Assembly (NCBI RefSeq): GCF_036971445.1
Contig: NC_091478.1
Location: 10,540,001 to 10,604,000, forward strand
DNA length: 64,000 nucleotides
Origin: Narcine bancroftii
Lineage: Eukaryota
Reading direction: 5' to 3'
A model generated the notes under the pieces. It did no database searches. It saw nothing but the letters and a program-made list of their open reading frames with translations, and was not told where the DNA came from. Numbering within the stretch: position 1 is the first letter of the stretch; the number at the start of each line of letters is the position of its first letter. Made by a program: the position numbers and the translations under genes. Positions 1 through 13,952 of the stretch are shown here, piece after piece.

Positions 1-1299
1 ACAATTAACCGGGGGGGGGGGGGGGGTATTTTGTGTAGTTTTCTGATGTAATATTGTAATCATACCATTTTAATTTTTAAAAAAAATTTCTTTAAATGTA
101 ATTCTCTATTGTATTCATGTTATAAAATTTTTAAATAAAGTCTTCAAAAAGAAGGTTCTTGTAAATCAAGATATGTATACAACGGAGGCTCATAGTAATC
201 CCCATCTTGCCTTCCATGATACAGTTTATTTCAGACACTGCATCTGATTGACCAGCATCAAATGACTTCATTCAAGTCTCTCCATTGTTTCCAATAAAAA
301 GTAACCACATAAAAGAAATATGCCAAATATCTTAGAAACAGAATTCAAGAAATGCTACAACTGCATGCAAAAATGGATTCCAACCAGATTTTACATTCCT
401 ACTCTGAAATGACTTTTCTCCAGCTGATAAAAGTGAAATCATTTTTAAAAACAGAATTAAAGTATCAGAAACTTTCAAGCAACAGAACATTTTTTTAAAA
501 TCCATAATCATCAATATCATTAACTACTGTCATGCAAGGGTTGGGATGGGTCATCCAGATTAGTTCATCTCCTTTTCTCCAGGACAAGCTATAAAATTTT
601 ATTTAATCTCGGACCTCAGAAGGGGAAGTAGTTTCCAAAACTACATTTCTATTTTCCATTTCTTGCAGCAGTCACCTAAGGCAACCATTCACAAGACTTT
701 CAAGTTGCAAAGATATGGAATTCTAGCTCATGATATCAGAGGTGAAAGGTAGAATTTTCAACTTCAGCAGGGAAATAATGAAGCAAAAACAATGAGTGAT
801 CTACCATACACCACATGTCATTTTCTTCTCCATTCATTTCAAAATAGTTTTGCACATTTCATGAAAGTTGAAATCCAGCATTAATGGATGAAAACATTTT
901 AATCATCTTAAATGAGCAAAGCAACAACAAAAAATGATCAGTCACTAATCAATTTTTCATGATGCAATATAGTCAATCCTACAATTTTACTCAGAAGTGT
1001 TTAAAAAAAACCCAAGAGAAATAGAAGCCAACACTGAAGGCTAAAAGTAGGAAATAGAATCCAGCAATAAAGAAGTGAGTTGACTTGGAGAGAACATTAG
1101 CACTTTAAAAGATTTTGTCTGAATGCTGGAATTGACTAAACTGGCATGAAAAATACACAAAACACAAAGTGGCTGCAAGCTGAAAAGATACACGATCTCA
1201 ACTTTCAATGAGATCTTCAGATTGATATACAATTTTCTTTTACATTTTGGCAAAATTACTAATCTTCTCAATGCAAATTATTGTAGAAAAAAATCAAAC

Positions 1300-1468
1300 C
1301 TGTTTCTCTCATCATTGCTTCCTCTTCGGTGAAAGTCTGTAGTGGCGCATAAACACTTCCACTCGTTGTTCCATTTTCTGTGACCACTTCTGTACTGCAG
1401 GATCTTGAAAGTCTTGGATGAACCCTCAGAAATGCTGAATGCCAGGGACTGACAATAATTCTTCCAAG
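1300..1468 (-). CDS. ACADSB: ACADSB coding exon 2 (LGRIIVSPW...SVYAPLQTFTEEEAMMRET)
   Basis: APLQTFTEEEAMM matches the ACADSB N-terminal motif (human APLQTFTDEEMMIK, recalled). Acceptor aaag|CTT and donor ACAG|gtttga give 169 nt, phase 0 to 1. No later exons were seen, so the gene probably continues left of the window. Confidence 0.9.
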
Positions 1469-1949
1469 CTTTTGCAAGTAGAAATAGCAAACCATAATTT
1501 AAAAAAAATTATTATTCATCTGTTGTAATGCAAATTTTAAAAAGCTTGCCAACTTTCCCATTCACTTTTATATTTGAAATCAACATTTTTACAATAATGG
1601 AAATGCATAATGTTGTTCAGACATGTATTGTTTGATTCAAGCCATTCGTCTTCTTCCAATATTCAATGCCTGATAAAATGCAATTCATTTCTTCTTTGTT
1701 CTTATGTTTCACTCAAACTGCTCCTGAGCTCCCTACTCGGATCCAATATCTCTTCCAATGACCAATTTCTATTGTCTGAACAATTTACCACTGATGCACG
1801 TTAGTTCAACCCCCACCAGATCACTCATTTTCCCCATCAAACGCGTTTGTTCTGAGGTAGAGGCGCGCATAGGTTGTCAGCCCCTCTCCTTCCTCAGGAG
1901 CTTGGTTCAAGGCAAAGCTGGGGAAACGCAGCAGGTCAAAGCTACATCA

Positions 1950-3080
1950 CCAAACGTTTTGGGCTGCAGCCCTTTCGGCTCAAGTGAGGGGTGGGAACAG
2001 GTTTTACGATCCCCCTGGGGCTTGTGCCCTAAACCCTCCCCCCCGCCCACACCAACACACACGAAGTTGGAGAAGCTCAGCCAAGATGCACAACCAGGGT
2101 TTCGGACTCCAGCCCGACAATGTTGCTTATGCACCTTCATCTTTGCCACTTGACCTGCCGAGCGCTTCTGTTTCACTCAGCCCTCGACTGTCCGCAAACG
2201 ACTCACCTTGGGAAAGAGAACACCGGCCATCCCGTCCTCTGGTCGACGGGGCGGGGGAGCTGAACGTCCCTCTGCCCGCCCTCCGAGGAGCGCGGCTTTA
2301 ATGTATTTCCCTCCTGCGAAGCCGTCCCTCCGGCTCCCGCAGCGTTGGCTTGGAGCGCGGGGGTGAATTCGGCGAAAGATGCCCAGGCGGCCGGGCCTGC
2401 AGGAAGGGGGGAGGAGCTCCCGACATCCCATCCGCTGACGTCACTTCCGTCCGGCTGCCCGTGCCCGGCCTGAACTGTGACATCAACGGCGGGGCTTTTG
2501 TTCCCTCTCCTTCAGGACTGCGGCCGAGGCCATTTCCTTCGCCCCGCCCGTTCGCTGCTGCTTCTTCCCCAGCGGCCGCGAAGCCGACATGTTTGGCTGG
2601 TTAGAGCCGCTGTCGTGTGGAATATAACGCGAGCCCGAAGGTATGAAGAAGAGGGCGGTTGGGTTTGGTGGGGGGTGGGGGGATTCGTTGCTCCCCGCTC
2701 TGGACCCGGCTGAACTCGGAGCCCGATTCGAAAGTCAACGGCGTAACGGATGCGGCTCCGCTGGCAAAGGGACCCGGCGGTGCTTGCGGGGAGGGTGGGA
2801 GGGAGGGGGGCGAACCGAACCGAACCGGGGATGGTCTTTTTTTTTAATCGTTTTGTTTTCCGTCCCGACTTGTATTTCAAAATAACGCGGCCCACCGCAC
2901 TTCAACCGAACGCGTGACGCCGCGTGAGTGACGTCTCGGGCGAGCAATGGGAGGGGGCGGGGAAAGGTCGCGCTCGCGCGTGTGTCCCGGTTGAGCCAAT
3001 CGGTGTGAGGGATGGGGGCGGGCGTTGGTGTCAGTCACCAGAGAAGCCATTTGTGAACCGAACCTTTCCGGGTGTTTTAC
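1950..3080. promoter_or_regulatory. CpG island, bidirectional promoter of ACADSB (-) and IKZF5 copy A (+)
   Basis: GC/CpG-rich block in AT-rich flanks. It has a CRE-ETS composite TGACGTCACTTCCG at 2436-2449, GC boxes and a CCAAT near 2996. A probable non-coding IKZF5 exon-1 donor is GAAG|gtatga at 2640. Confidence 0.85.
2207..2230 (-). CDS. ACADSB: ACADSB coding exon 1 (MAGVLFPK), start of the mitochondrial targeting peptide of short/branched-chain acyl-CoA dehydrogenase
   Basis: Minus strand reads ATG GCC GGT GTT CTC TTT CCC AAG|gtgagt, a strong phase-0 donor inside the CpG island. It splices in frame to the exon at 1468. Confidence 0.8.
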
Positions 3081-3199
3081 CCAAAAGGAACCTTTTCAGG
3101 AAAGAAAACATGTTGCCAGCGTGTTTGGATGTAGAAATAATTTAAAATGGCCAAAAAGGTATTTAATTGGACATTACCTTTGAAGATAATGTCTTGTTT

Positions 3200-3647
3200 G
3201 AATGTTTGAAGATCCAACTGCGCGGGGTAGGTCACGTCTCCAGAATGGAGGACCATTGCCTTCCCAAGATCGTGTTATATGGCGAGCTCTCCACTGGCCA
3301 CCGTGACAGAGGTGCACCAAAGAAAAGGTACAAGGACTGCCTAAAGAAATCTCTTGGTGCCTGCCACATTGACCCCCGCCAGTGGGCTGATCTCGCCTCA
3401 AACCGTGCATCTTGGCGCCTCACAGTTCGGCGGGCAGCAACCTCCTTTGAAGAAGACCGCAGAGCCCACCTCACTGACAAAAGACAAAGGAGGAAAAACC
3501 CAACACCCAACCCCAACCAACCAATTTTCCCCTGCAACCGTGTCTGCCTGTCCCGCATCGGACTTGTCAGCCACAAACGAGCCTGCAGCTGACGTGGACA
3601 TTACCCCTCCATAAATCTTCGTTCGCGAAGCCAAGCCAAAGAAAGAT
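3200..3647 (+). mobile_element. RTE-clade LINE, 3' fragment
   Basis: Translation HCLPKIVLYGELSTGHRDRGAPKKRYKDCLK...W.DLASNRASWR is the typical RTE ORF C-terminus, followed by a short repeat tail (gccaagccaaagaaaga). Confidence 0.85.
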
Positions 3648-4139
3648 CTTTGAAGAAAAACGTCACCTCTGGTTCTGTGGTGTGATCTCCAAGGCAGCTC
3701 TCAGTCTTGGAGGTTGACAGAAGTAAGTCACATCTTCCACTGGAAAAGCAATTGCATTCTCCGTTTCTGCACCCCAATGTACTCCAAGATTCTAATGCAC
3801 TGTTAAGTTGTTCAAAAACAGCCATTATGGACAATGCAACTGCAGGCAAAGGCTGATATTAGTTGCCAGAGGGAGAGAACATGAATGTTTCCTCTTTTTT
3901 TAAAAAAAGTTTTATGATCATTTATGGGAATACATAAATATATGCAGTAATACATTCTGCCCTGCAACCTTTTCCACGCACCAAGCATTCTGTCCAGTTA
4001 AGATGCACTTTGGAGACTGAGAATAGCAATCATTTGTTAAATTACTCTCATTATAAAGCTTTAAAATGCAAATAAAATGAACAAATTTAAGATGGTAATA
4101 ATAACACATTCCTGACAGATTTGAAAATGGAGAAGCATA

Positions 4140-4460
4140 ACTATAGGGATAGATCAGCCGGTTGAGTGGTGTCACAACCACCACCTTGCACTCAACGTTA
4201 GCAAAAGCGAGGAGATGATTGTGGGCATCAGAAGGAAATGAAAAGAACATGAACCAGTCCTTATCGAAGGGTCAGTAGTGGAGAGGGTCAAAATCTTCAA
4301 ATTCAACATGTGTCAACATCCCTGAGCATCTGTCCTAGAGCCTCCATGTCACTGCAATCTCAAAGAAGGCTCACCAGTGACTCTTTGGGAGAAGTCTGAG
4401 AACATTTAGTATGTCATTGAAGGCTCAAAAACTTGTACAGATGTACCGTGGAGAACAATC
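4140..4460 (+). mobile_element. Degenerate Rex1/Babar-like LINE RT fragment
   Basis: Frameshifted motifs of the type W C..H.L.LNVSK..E and VERV..FKF. Confidence 0.5.
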
Positions 4461-5072
4461 AGGACCCAGGATCAATCAGCTGTTTAACAGTCTTTCTGAG
4501 TTGCTGTGTAGACAATTCCTCCTTAAAGATTTCACGTCTTGTTTATTGGTAACTCTCAGCAGCACCTTGCTTATTCTGAAGATTACTGTCAGCTGGCATC
4601 AGTAGTTTTAAATTCAGCTTACCTGTAAAAGTCATGTATCTCATCTTGCAAAGGTGATGTAAATCCAGAGGCAGAAGGTTATGGATGATGGAATTCCATA
4701 AATGGAATTAAAACTACTGGAAATATTCAGATTGATGTGAATATTTGCAGTACTTTCTGATATAAATGTAAACAAGTTTCTGCCTGTTAAGACTTCTAGA
4801 AATTATAATGAGTCACAAATTAGAACTTTATATTCTGTATGATGTTTAAGTCTCAAAATTTGGCTCAAATATGGTAGAACAGTATCATATGGTAGTCAGA
4901 AAAGGTACAAAAATTTTAAGAAAGTTACTATCGATTCATGCTGAACAAATTGAATATTTTTCTCAATGTTCTTATCTTGATGTTAGAAAGCTAGTTTATT
5001 ATGCAATTGTGAATATGAATCAAATATGTAACTTCCTTTAGGAATTGGAGGGCTTCGATCAAAATCAAGAAT

Positions 5073-5205
5073 ATGCGAGAAAAGAGAAATGATTCTGTAG
5101 ACTTCGTCAAGGATTTTCAAGAGTATCTCACGCAACAAACACAGCATGTAAACATGATTTCTGGTTCGGTTTGTAATGAAAAGGAACCAGAAGTACTTCA
5201 GCCTG
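5073..5205 (+). CDS. IKZF5: IKZF5 (Pegasus) copy A, coding exon 1
   Basis: MREKRNDSVDFVKDFQEYLTQQTQHVNMISGSV is the Pegasus N-terminus. 133 nt, donor CTG|gtaag, acceptor at 5040-5041. Confidence 0.95.
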
Positions 5206-7289
5206 GTAAGAAAATGCTTAATTTACACACACATAACTTACAAAGGATTTATCATTATTATGGTGTTTCTACATTTATATTCAATATAATGCTAATATTG
5301 AAAATATTAGTACTGAAACATCTCCCTTCAAAGCACTAAAAAGTAGGAGCCACATCTTAGGATTGTTTGCATATGTATCAGTCTTTTTGTGTAATCCGGA
5401 GGTTCATTTCTCTCCCTAAACTGAGAGGGCATTTTGATCAATTTCATTATGGCATGTGAAATATGAACAATTTGTCGTCTGATGGTAATTTGTAAAATAT
5501 TGTACATTACACCATGGCGAAATTGATGAAAATAATGTAAGGAACAAATTCACGAATTTTGTTATCCTTTTGTTTTTTTATAAACCTAGTTTTAAAAATA
5601 ATCCTTTTTATATATAAAAAAAATATTGGCAGAGTTCAACTCCCATGTCTGACAGCCTTTGAGTTCTTTACTCACGACGATTCTTCATATGTGAGATAGA
5701 ACAGTGAACTTTGAACTACCGGTATTCTAATTGGAACCATATACCAAGCTACCCTTATGTGATATCTATGTGTAGATTTCTATGGGGGTTAAATAAACAT
5801 TATTCAAATCATCTTGATTATTTAATACAATCCACTGTGGATTCAGACTCATTTAGTTATTTAATATCTTTATCCAGAGATGGTAGGAAGTTGTTTCTTT
5901 TGTTTTTTTAAAAAAGAGTAGTCTGTGAACACATTGTTGTAAAAGACTGATGGAAAGTAACTTTGTGAATCTCTTAGTTATGGTAGCTCAGTGCAATGCC
6001 AGTATTTGAATATGGTTGACTGAATGATGGCTCCATCTTCAACCTCTTTGAAGTGCATACTCCTTGGAGAGTGCTGTTGCCTCTCAAATTTAGACTCATC
6101 TGTCACTGTACTCCTTTAGTTTGTTGAATCTTGTTTCTATTCTGGCCACTGTGAATTTGCTGTTATCAACATCAAAATATTCACAGATTGTATTATTTGT
6201 AAATGATTGCTCTTTGGCCAACTTACAGCCTTTGACATGGTTGAGCAGATCAACTCCCATATCAGAATATCGCTGACCTGATTGCATTCTTATCAATCTA
6301 GTTATAGCTAAAGAATTGACTTCAGTGGCTTTTCTTGCTCTTGTACTGAGAGTGCCAAGAATTCTTCCAGTGGAAAAATCTGCCATCAGTACCAGTTAGG
6401 ATTATATTATGTCATTTGAGCATTGTTAACTTTATGAAATGGCCATGCAAGATCAAGTTGGGGAACATTTGGGATGGATACGAAATACTAATCTGGCAAA
6501 TACTCCTCCCATGCTATGAAGCAGTAAATTTTTTTTAAAGTCATTGAGAAATAGTGCAAAATAACATTCAGGTCAACTATATGTTGTGTCTCTGTTTATC
6601 CATCCAGTTTCTTCTACAGCTTTTGATGCAGTCAACCCCACCATCCTCCTCTTTTATCAAGCTTAGTTCCAGTTTTGCCTGTCTCATTATATCAGCAGTG
6701 CTTTAATTCCCTCCTAGAACTATTATCTCGAGTCTTTGAAGAATCTTTTCTTGACTACTTCATTGCGTTTGTAACTGCCTTTATGATTAGAACTTGTCAA
6801 ACTCCTTTAGGGCTTTAAGCAATGATAGTAAAAGACCAAAATCACATGTCTATGACTTGCTTATTGGTCTTGTGGTGTTGTACAGCTGCTAGATTTCCTA
6901 CCTTACAATTGCTTTTTTGGCTGATGAGATCTCAAAAATAAAAATCCAAGTTTGCATTAGTGTCCATTTCCACACATTACCTTTTCCTGACATCTTTTTC
7001 TATCTTCCTTAGAATTAAAAAAAAATCATTTTTATATCAACGTGATTTTTTTTTCTGATTTGACAATTATCAGGATTTATGTTGGCTATTTTGCAGTTTG
7101 CTTACCAATTCAAGGTAACTGAGTTTAATTTGTCATATGCTATATATTTCCCAAGATTTTGCCTGTTTTATGAATTTAATCCCTTTGTCTTTTATGTTAT
7201 TTGAATGCATGCAATATAAATTGTATCTATGAAGTATGGATATTTATTTGGTGATAACTTGTTGGGAAATGCTGATAATTCAACACCAA

Positions 7290-7455
7290 ATCGAATCCAG
7301 CACTGTATGTAAGGAGTTTGTACATTCTCATGTTCTCCCCATGTCTGCATGGGTTTCCTCCGGGTGCTCAGGCTTCCTCCCACTGCTCAAAATTTACCGG
7401 GGCTTGTAGGTTAATTGGGCAGCATGCACCCATGAGCTGAAGAGGCCTGTTACTG
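7290..7455 (+). mobile_element. tRNA-derived SINE fragment (HE1/V-SINE-like)
   Basis: Core ggagtttgtacattctc...gggtttcctccgggtgctc, also seen at 16430, 8325 (-) and 40180 (-). Confidence 0.7.
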
Positions 7456-8107
7456 TCAAACTACCAGCATTACTTCATCACTGACATTAACAAGAAGTTT
7501 GGGACTTTCACCTGAATGCTTTAAGTCCAAAACTTGCTAGAGAAGCTTAGTTGTCCAGCAACATTAAATATCACATGAAGACCAGTACTTGGTTTTGAAT
7601 TTACTGCAGTTCTCTTGTTGATATTGAGTAATTGCCACTAAACTGCACCAGGTTAGATCAGGTACAGAATCATGAATGAAGAGGACCAGTCTTGAGAAAG
7701 AAAGGCAAGGAAGTGATCAGTAACATTTCTTTTAATTGTGTTGGATGTGATGTTTTTATTTAAGTTACTTCAAATTATTTTAATTGGTTTTCAATAATTA
7801 TTGAAATAATCTGTTAAAGCACGGGACATGGCTTTCTAGCCAGCATTCAATTATTTCATGGGTGAGACCTTGATCCACTTACAAAAGTCCTATAGCTGCA
7901 CAGACCCTTAATAATTTAGATTAGACAGCATCAAAGCTCCCTGTTGAATTTGGTGGATAGGTAAAAGACAAGGGTATAGTTTTTGCAAAATTCAGTGAGT
8001 GGCTGGGGAGGGGGAGGAATGTGTTGCATTTTGGTTCAATGATTAGTTTCTTGAAGTTTTCTCTTGTATGAAACAATTTTTATGATAGGTTGTACTTTTA
8101 TTGGCAG

Positions 8108-8290
8108 CTGGAACTGAAAATCATCAAAATGGAATCCATCCTGCTTCTGTTGAAGTTTCTCTCGATGATGGCTCTGGGATGATCGGAGATGGGCCAGAAA
8201 GAACAGCTGATGGAAAGTTGAAGTGTCAATACTGTAACTATGCTAGCAAAGGAATAGCACGACTGATGGAACACACCAGAATGCACACAG
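8108..8290 (+). CDS. IKZF5: IKZF5 copy A, coding exon 2 (ZF1: CQYCNYASKGIARLMEHTRMH)
   Basis: Acceptor ggcag|CT and donor ACAG|gtatt give 183 nt, phase 1-1, encoding a C2H2 finger. Confidence 0.95.
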
Positions 8291-8321
8291 GTATTCTAAA
8301 ATTTAAATTAATTAAATTTAA

Positions 8322-8570
8322 ATTTAGACAAGCAGCATGGTAACAGGCCATTCTGGCCCACAAGCCTGTGCTGCTCAAGTACACCCAATTAGCCTACATT
8401 GTCAGCATATTTTGAAGGGTGGGAGGAAACTGGAGCAATTGGAGGAAACCCACACAGTTATGGGGAGAATGTACAAACTCCTTACAGACAGCACCACATT
8501 CAAACCCAGCACACTGGTATTGCTTTTCCCAGAAAGGTGTTGCACTAAATGCTACGCTAACCATGTCGCC
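8322..8570 (-). mobile_element. tRNA-derived SINE (HE1/V-SINE-like)
   Basis: Reverse complement of the SINE family at 16430, with an (aaattt)n tail. Confidence 0.75.
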
Positions 8571-10226
8571 TTGTATTCTGTACACTATCTAAATGACAAA
8601 TTATTGGTTCTATTGTTTGAATGAAGTTGTGAGTCTCGTAAAAGGCAATTTAACATAAAGCTATAAACCAGTCCCCAGTTTCTTTAATATGATCAAATTT
8701 GGTATTCCCTCATGGATTAGATACTTGGACATCTTACCATTAAACATAGTATTCAAAACAATGTTAAAATTATTAAAGCCAAACTTCTCCCTTTAAACAG
8801 TTGAATTTTCATGGAAGAATTTACGGGAACTCAACTGTTATGCAATAAATCGCTATACACATTAACAAGTAATTTTAAATTTGGTTTGTGCCATTATATC
8901 TACATTATGTACACGTTAATTTTTTATGACATTTGTCACTTATTTGCATCTGAATAAAAATTTGACAAATGCAGAATGAGTTGGTGGTCTCTTGCAGCTG
9001 GCAAGGCACATGCACAAGTCCATTTTCCTTATGACCATTTTAGTGATCTTGTACTGGGATTCTCTGTTTCTTGAGATAAAAGGAGGCTGTACTAATCTCC
9101 AGCATTACATAGACCCTTCAGAAATGTTACCAATTGTTTAAGCACAAGGATGTAGTTTGTAGTCTGTTTACCTGCTTTCATTTAATGTGCCTTAGAACCT
9201 TGTGTTTATTTTTGTGTAATCTGGAATTTATTTTAGGATTGAGGATACAGATGATGGATGTCTTATTCTGTTTTTGAAATAGTAGAATTGAATACATCTT
9301 TGGGTTACTGGAGATCATCTTTATGTATGCAGTTTTCCTCTAATTGGCTAATAGAACATTAATAATGGGTAATTAGTCCTAGATTATTTCATTTCAGGGA
9401 AATTAATCTCAAAGAACATATCCAATATAAAAAAAGATGAACAAAAATGCGAGTGAGTAGGAGGTTGTGTTAGGATATTCTAATTAACAGGGTAGTGGTG
9501 CTATTCATTGATCACTACTCTGTGAGCTGAACACAAACTGTTGGCAAGCTTTGAGATGTAACAATGTGGCACACCAGCAGATCTGGACAAGAAATAGTGT
9601 GGGTTGGCCCATCAATCAGATTCACTAGCCATACTGGATAGAAACCAAGGAATAGTATTTAAATTTAATGTAAATTAATTTGCAGAAAATAAAATAACAA
9701 GAATGAAAGAATGGGTGGAATGGAAAAATAAATATGGAAATAAAATTAAAAATTAAAATTATCAAGATTTGTTAACTTCTGAAGAAAGAATCCAAAAATT
9801 GTTAAAATATAATTTTATGGCCAAGGAAATTGTTTTCTGTAAGTAAAAATTGGCACACTGTTAAAAATTCACATGCCTCTGAATGCAGCAACCTTTTGTC
9901 CATACTAAATGCATTTAAGATGCAGGGAGGAGAGTTTAAAGGAAATGTGAAAGGCAAATTATTTTATACAGAGTAGTAGGTGCTTGAATTAGGTACTCAG
10001 GAATAGCGGTGAAGCATACAATATTATCGTTTAAGAGGCTTTTAGAAGGACAAATGAATATACAGAGAATAGGGATATGGATCACATGCATGTAGCAGAG
10101 TTTTCTTTCAACTTGGACATCATGTTTGGTGCAGATATGTGGGCCAATGGACCTGCATCTGCATTTTGTGTTAACTGGAGAACTGGGGGGGGGGGGGGGG
10201 GTTAATAAAACCACAATATTCTATTA

Positions 10227-10644
10227 CAGGTACACAATCCTTTATCCTGTCTTCTAAAATCTGGAAAGCTCCAAAAACCGGCATTTTTTCCTGGTGCTGG
10301 TACAGCGGAGGGAGAGAGAGAGAGAGATAGCAGGGCCACTAGTTTGAGTGGGTGGGCGAGGGGGGGGGGGGGGAGAGAGATGGCAGCGTGACTCGGGTGG
10401 GCAGGGGGGGAGGAGAAGGAGAGACGGCAGTGAGACTCGGGCGAGGGGAGAGAGAGATGGCAGCGTGACTTGAGGGGGGGGTGGAAAGAGAGATGGCAGC
10501 ATGACTGGAAGGGGGTGGATACGGCAGCACAATTCAGATGGGGTTAAAACTGGAGCAGCTGGCTTTTGTTCTGAAATCTGGAAAAAATCCGAAATTTGGA
10601 ACACCCTGTCCCCCAAGGGTTCCAGACAAAGGATTGTGTACCTG
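10227..10644. mobile_element. Tc1/mariner-pogo type MITE with an internal G-rich repeat
   Basis: Perfect 17-bp terminal inverted repeats CAGGTACACAATCCTTT...AAAGGATTGTGTACCTG, with TA on both sides (TSD). Confidence 0.85.
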
Positions 10645-10859
10645 TATTGATTTAATGCTGAGTAAAGGTGGGATACTGTGCAGGTAGATGTCTGGGTCAT
10701 TTTCATATTCAAATGTGAAGAATTTACACCATAACATTGAGAGCTATTAAGTTCTCCATTATTGAAATCCTCTTTAAAAAGGTTTTGCTAAATCATCACA
10801 ATTAGTTTTAACAGTGCACCTCTATAAAATGAAAAGCATTTGTAATTAGTTTGGGATAT

Positions 10860-11380
10860 AATTTAAGAGTAGGAAGGTTCTGCTACAATTGTACATGGTA
10901 CTGGTAAAGCCCCATCTGGGGTGCTGTGTACAATTCGGGTCTCCTTACTTGAGAAAGGATATAACTGACCTTGGAAATGGTGCAGAGGAGATTCATCAGG
11001 TTGATTCTGCAAATGATGGGATTAGATTATGAGGAGAAGATGGGTATTCTTGGATAAGACTCATTGGATTTAGAAGGATGATGGGTTTCTTGTGGAAACA
11101 AAACTATGGAAGGATTATATAAGATGGAAACAGGGAAGTTGTTTCCACTGGCAGGTGAGACTAGAACGAAAGATTTATATGAATAGGTTTAAGACAATGA
11201 AGAGGAATTGCTTCTCCCAGAAAGTAGAGAATTCTCAGACACGGTCTTGAAGAATGAGGGATATAGTGAATGAGCAGGTAAGTGGAGCTGAGACCGTGGC
11301 CAGATCAGACATTATCTTAATGAATGGGAAAGCAGGCTCATCAGGCCAGATGGTCTAGTCCTCCCATTACTTTTGTTTTA
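10860..11380 (+). mobile_element. CR1 LINE 3' fragment
   Basis: Degenerate LY..LV.PHL..CVQF.SP..RKDI..LE.VQRRF motifs. Confidence 0.8.
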
Positions 11381-12329
11381 TAGTTTTTGTTGAGTGCATT
11401 TGGGTTCCTATTATTGCTATGTTAGTCCATTCTCAATATCTCTGCAATCATATCGAAAACCTGAACTATTGAAGGATAAGAAACATGGTTGTAGAGATGG
11501 AAAGAATATTTTTTTTAGAGGAACCAATGTTATTTGTAGTGTATTGAAATATAGTTTATGTTTATATAATTGAAGTTAGTTGGGCTTGGATGCAGAAGTA
11601 GGAAAAGTAATTAAGGTATTAAAATAAAAAGTATGAACTAAGAATTTATTTTTATCCAAAATTCTGCATTTGAAGATGGAATGGAATTAAAATAATGAAA
11701 TCAAAAAAGACATTTTAATAGCTTACGTGGCATTGAGAAAAGAGATGTGAGAAATTCTAAAAAGGAATAATGAAGTGGCACCAATGTTGAATGTTGTGAA
11801 CACGCCATATTGTTGGTAAAAAGACAAAATATTTCCTGAAAATAGAGGAGAATGAAGGGAGAACTGCATAAGAAATCCTATTTGATAAATTCTCATTTTG
11901 AAATTGCTAACGGTGCGTTGGATAGTAGAAAAATGCAATTGCAAATACTGGAAATCTGAAATAAAACAGGGTGGAAATACTCAGGTCAGGCCGCATCTGT
12001 AGAGAGAGAAAAACAGTTGATATTTGAGGTCTGATCTTTCAGGATATACAATTACTTGTGATATCTTGAACTGAGGATTTTTTTTAAAGGGGGAAGAAAA
12101 AGAATGACAATAAGTAAATCCCTTTCAATCACTGGAATAGCACAAGGATCCTGTGTGGTCCTGGGTAACTTCTTATCTCTATCAATGATGACAAGCTGTT
12201 GAAATATAATGCACTCGGGTTTGCTGTTGATACAAAGCAAGATGGGAACATAAGGGAATGATGCAGCATTCAAATAAGTGTCGACAGGAATGTAGCACAT
12301 GTGAAGTTTCTACTTCGGCAAATGAGTAG

Positions 12330-13065
12330 AACATTACAGCACAATTCAGGCCCTTTGGCCCACAACATTATGATAATCTTTATAAATCTGCTCAACGATC
12401 TAAACCTTCCCTACCTCATAGCCATAACCCTCAATGTTCCTAAGAATGCTTTAAATGTTCCTATTGTACCAGTCTTCACCATTTCAAGCATCCACTGCAC
12501 TAGGTGCAAAAGGAAAAAAAAACATATCCCTGATGTCTCCCCTAAACTTTGTTCCACTCAGCTTAAACGGTTGTCCTCTGATATTTGATATTGTTGCCCT
12601 TGGAAAAAGGTGTTGGCTGTCCACCCTATCTATGCCTCTATAATCTTGTGGACCTCTTATTAAGTCACCTCTCATCCTTCTTCGCACCAAAGAGAAAAGT
12701 CCTACCTTTGTTAACTTTGCCTCAAAAGATTCATTCTCCAATCCAGGCACCGTACTGGTAAATCTTCGCACCTTCTCCATAGCATGCACATCCTTCCTGT
12801 AATGAGGTGACCAGAACTGAACATAATATTCTAAGTGTTCTATACAGCTGCAACATTGGCTAAAGACTCTTGATCCCAGTCCCCTGACTAATGAAGGCCA
12901 GAAGTCCATGTCTTCTTAACAACATGTGCCATCCCTCTTCTTCCACACAGTTAAGAATCCTGCCATTAACCATATACTCCACCTTTAAATTTGACCCAAA
13001 AGGCATCATTCACATTTAACTGGATTGAACTCCATTTGCCACTTCTCTGTCCAACTCTGCATTTT
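12330..13065 (-). mobile_element. CR1 LINE 3' fragment
   Basis: ORF 12484-12909 has HLEYYVQFWSPHYRKDVHAMEKV...LFSL.RRRMRGDLI. Confidence 0.9.
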
Positions 13066-13721
13066 ACTCTTGATATTTATTCAGAAGGACCCAGTTTACA
13101 TAAAAATGCTGGAGAAATTCAGCAAATCTCACAGCATTCTTTATATACACTTCATACCTAAAGTACTAAGTATATATTTGAACTTATTACCTTGAAAATA
13201 TTCTTACCGTAGATGTACAACACAAATTCAATTAGAATAAACTGGCCTTTCATTCCTGGATTTTAAAAAATTCCATTCTTAATGCAATAAATAAGCCTAA
13301 AGGCTTGGCAGATTGGAATACTGAGAATAATGACTGGAGCTTTTGACCAATGCCAGCATTAATGACTTGGCATGTTGCTCTGTTTGTGTCCTCGTTTTTG
13401 TTACATGTATGAGTCTAAGGTAGTGGCAGTATGTCCTGACCTGCTGCTTTTGCTCTATGTTGGTGAACTCCTTGAGGTGCAGTATAAATTTCTACTTGCC
13501 TGATAAGCTTGTGCCAGTTTTTAAAAGATCCAAGTTTTTGTTTTCGTCAGTGTCAATTCTGACAGCTAGTTAGTTAGGGGGGAGCTGTCAAAAGGTTCCT
13601 GCATTGCCTGCTTAGAACTTTATACCTGGGGTAAACTGGAAGAAACTTGTGGTCCAGTGATTGGCAGCTGGAAGTCTGTGGTCACATCATTTCCTTTGGT
13701 TTGGAAATCTAGAAGTAGGTA

Positions 13722-13952
13722 CAGGCAATCACCAGGTTATGAACGAGTTCCGTTATCTGGGTCTGTCCATAAGCCGAATTTGTGGACAAGACGGAACAGG
13801 GTACTTACGGTTCTTAATTAGCCTTCATGAGGTAAGGTGCATTATGCACATGTGCCATTTGGGGGCATTTATGCGTGTGCGAATTGGGAAACAGTCTGTT
13901 CGTAAGTACAAGTTGTTCATAACCTGGATGTTCATAACCCAGGGACTGCCTG
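13722..13952. mobile_element. Tigger/pogo-like MITE
   Basis: Imperfect TIRs of about 23 bp, CAGGCAATCACCAGGTTATGAAC...GTTCATAACCCAGGGACTGCCTG, with TA TSD. Confidence 0.8.

Noticed and set aside
1-1260. ACADSB exon 3
   Set aside because: No VKKFAQE.IAP-like peptide found on the minus strand; treated as intron 2, with an L1 tail at about 1-150.
1758-3145. Overlapping ORFs in CpG island 1
   Set aside because: Apart from the 24-nt ACADSB exon 1, none has a recognisable domain; typical of a CpG island.
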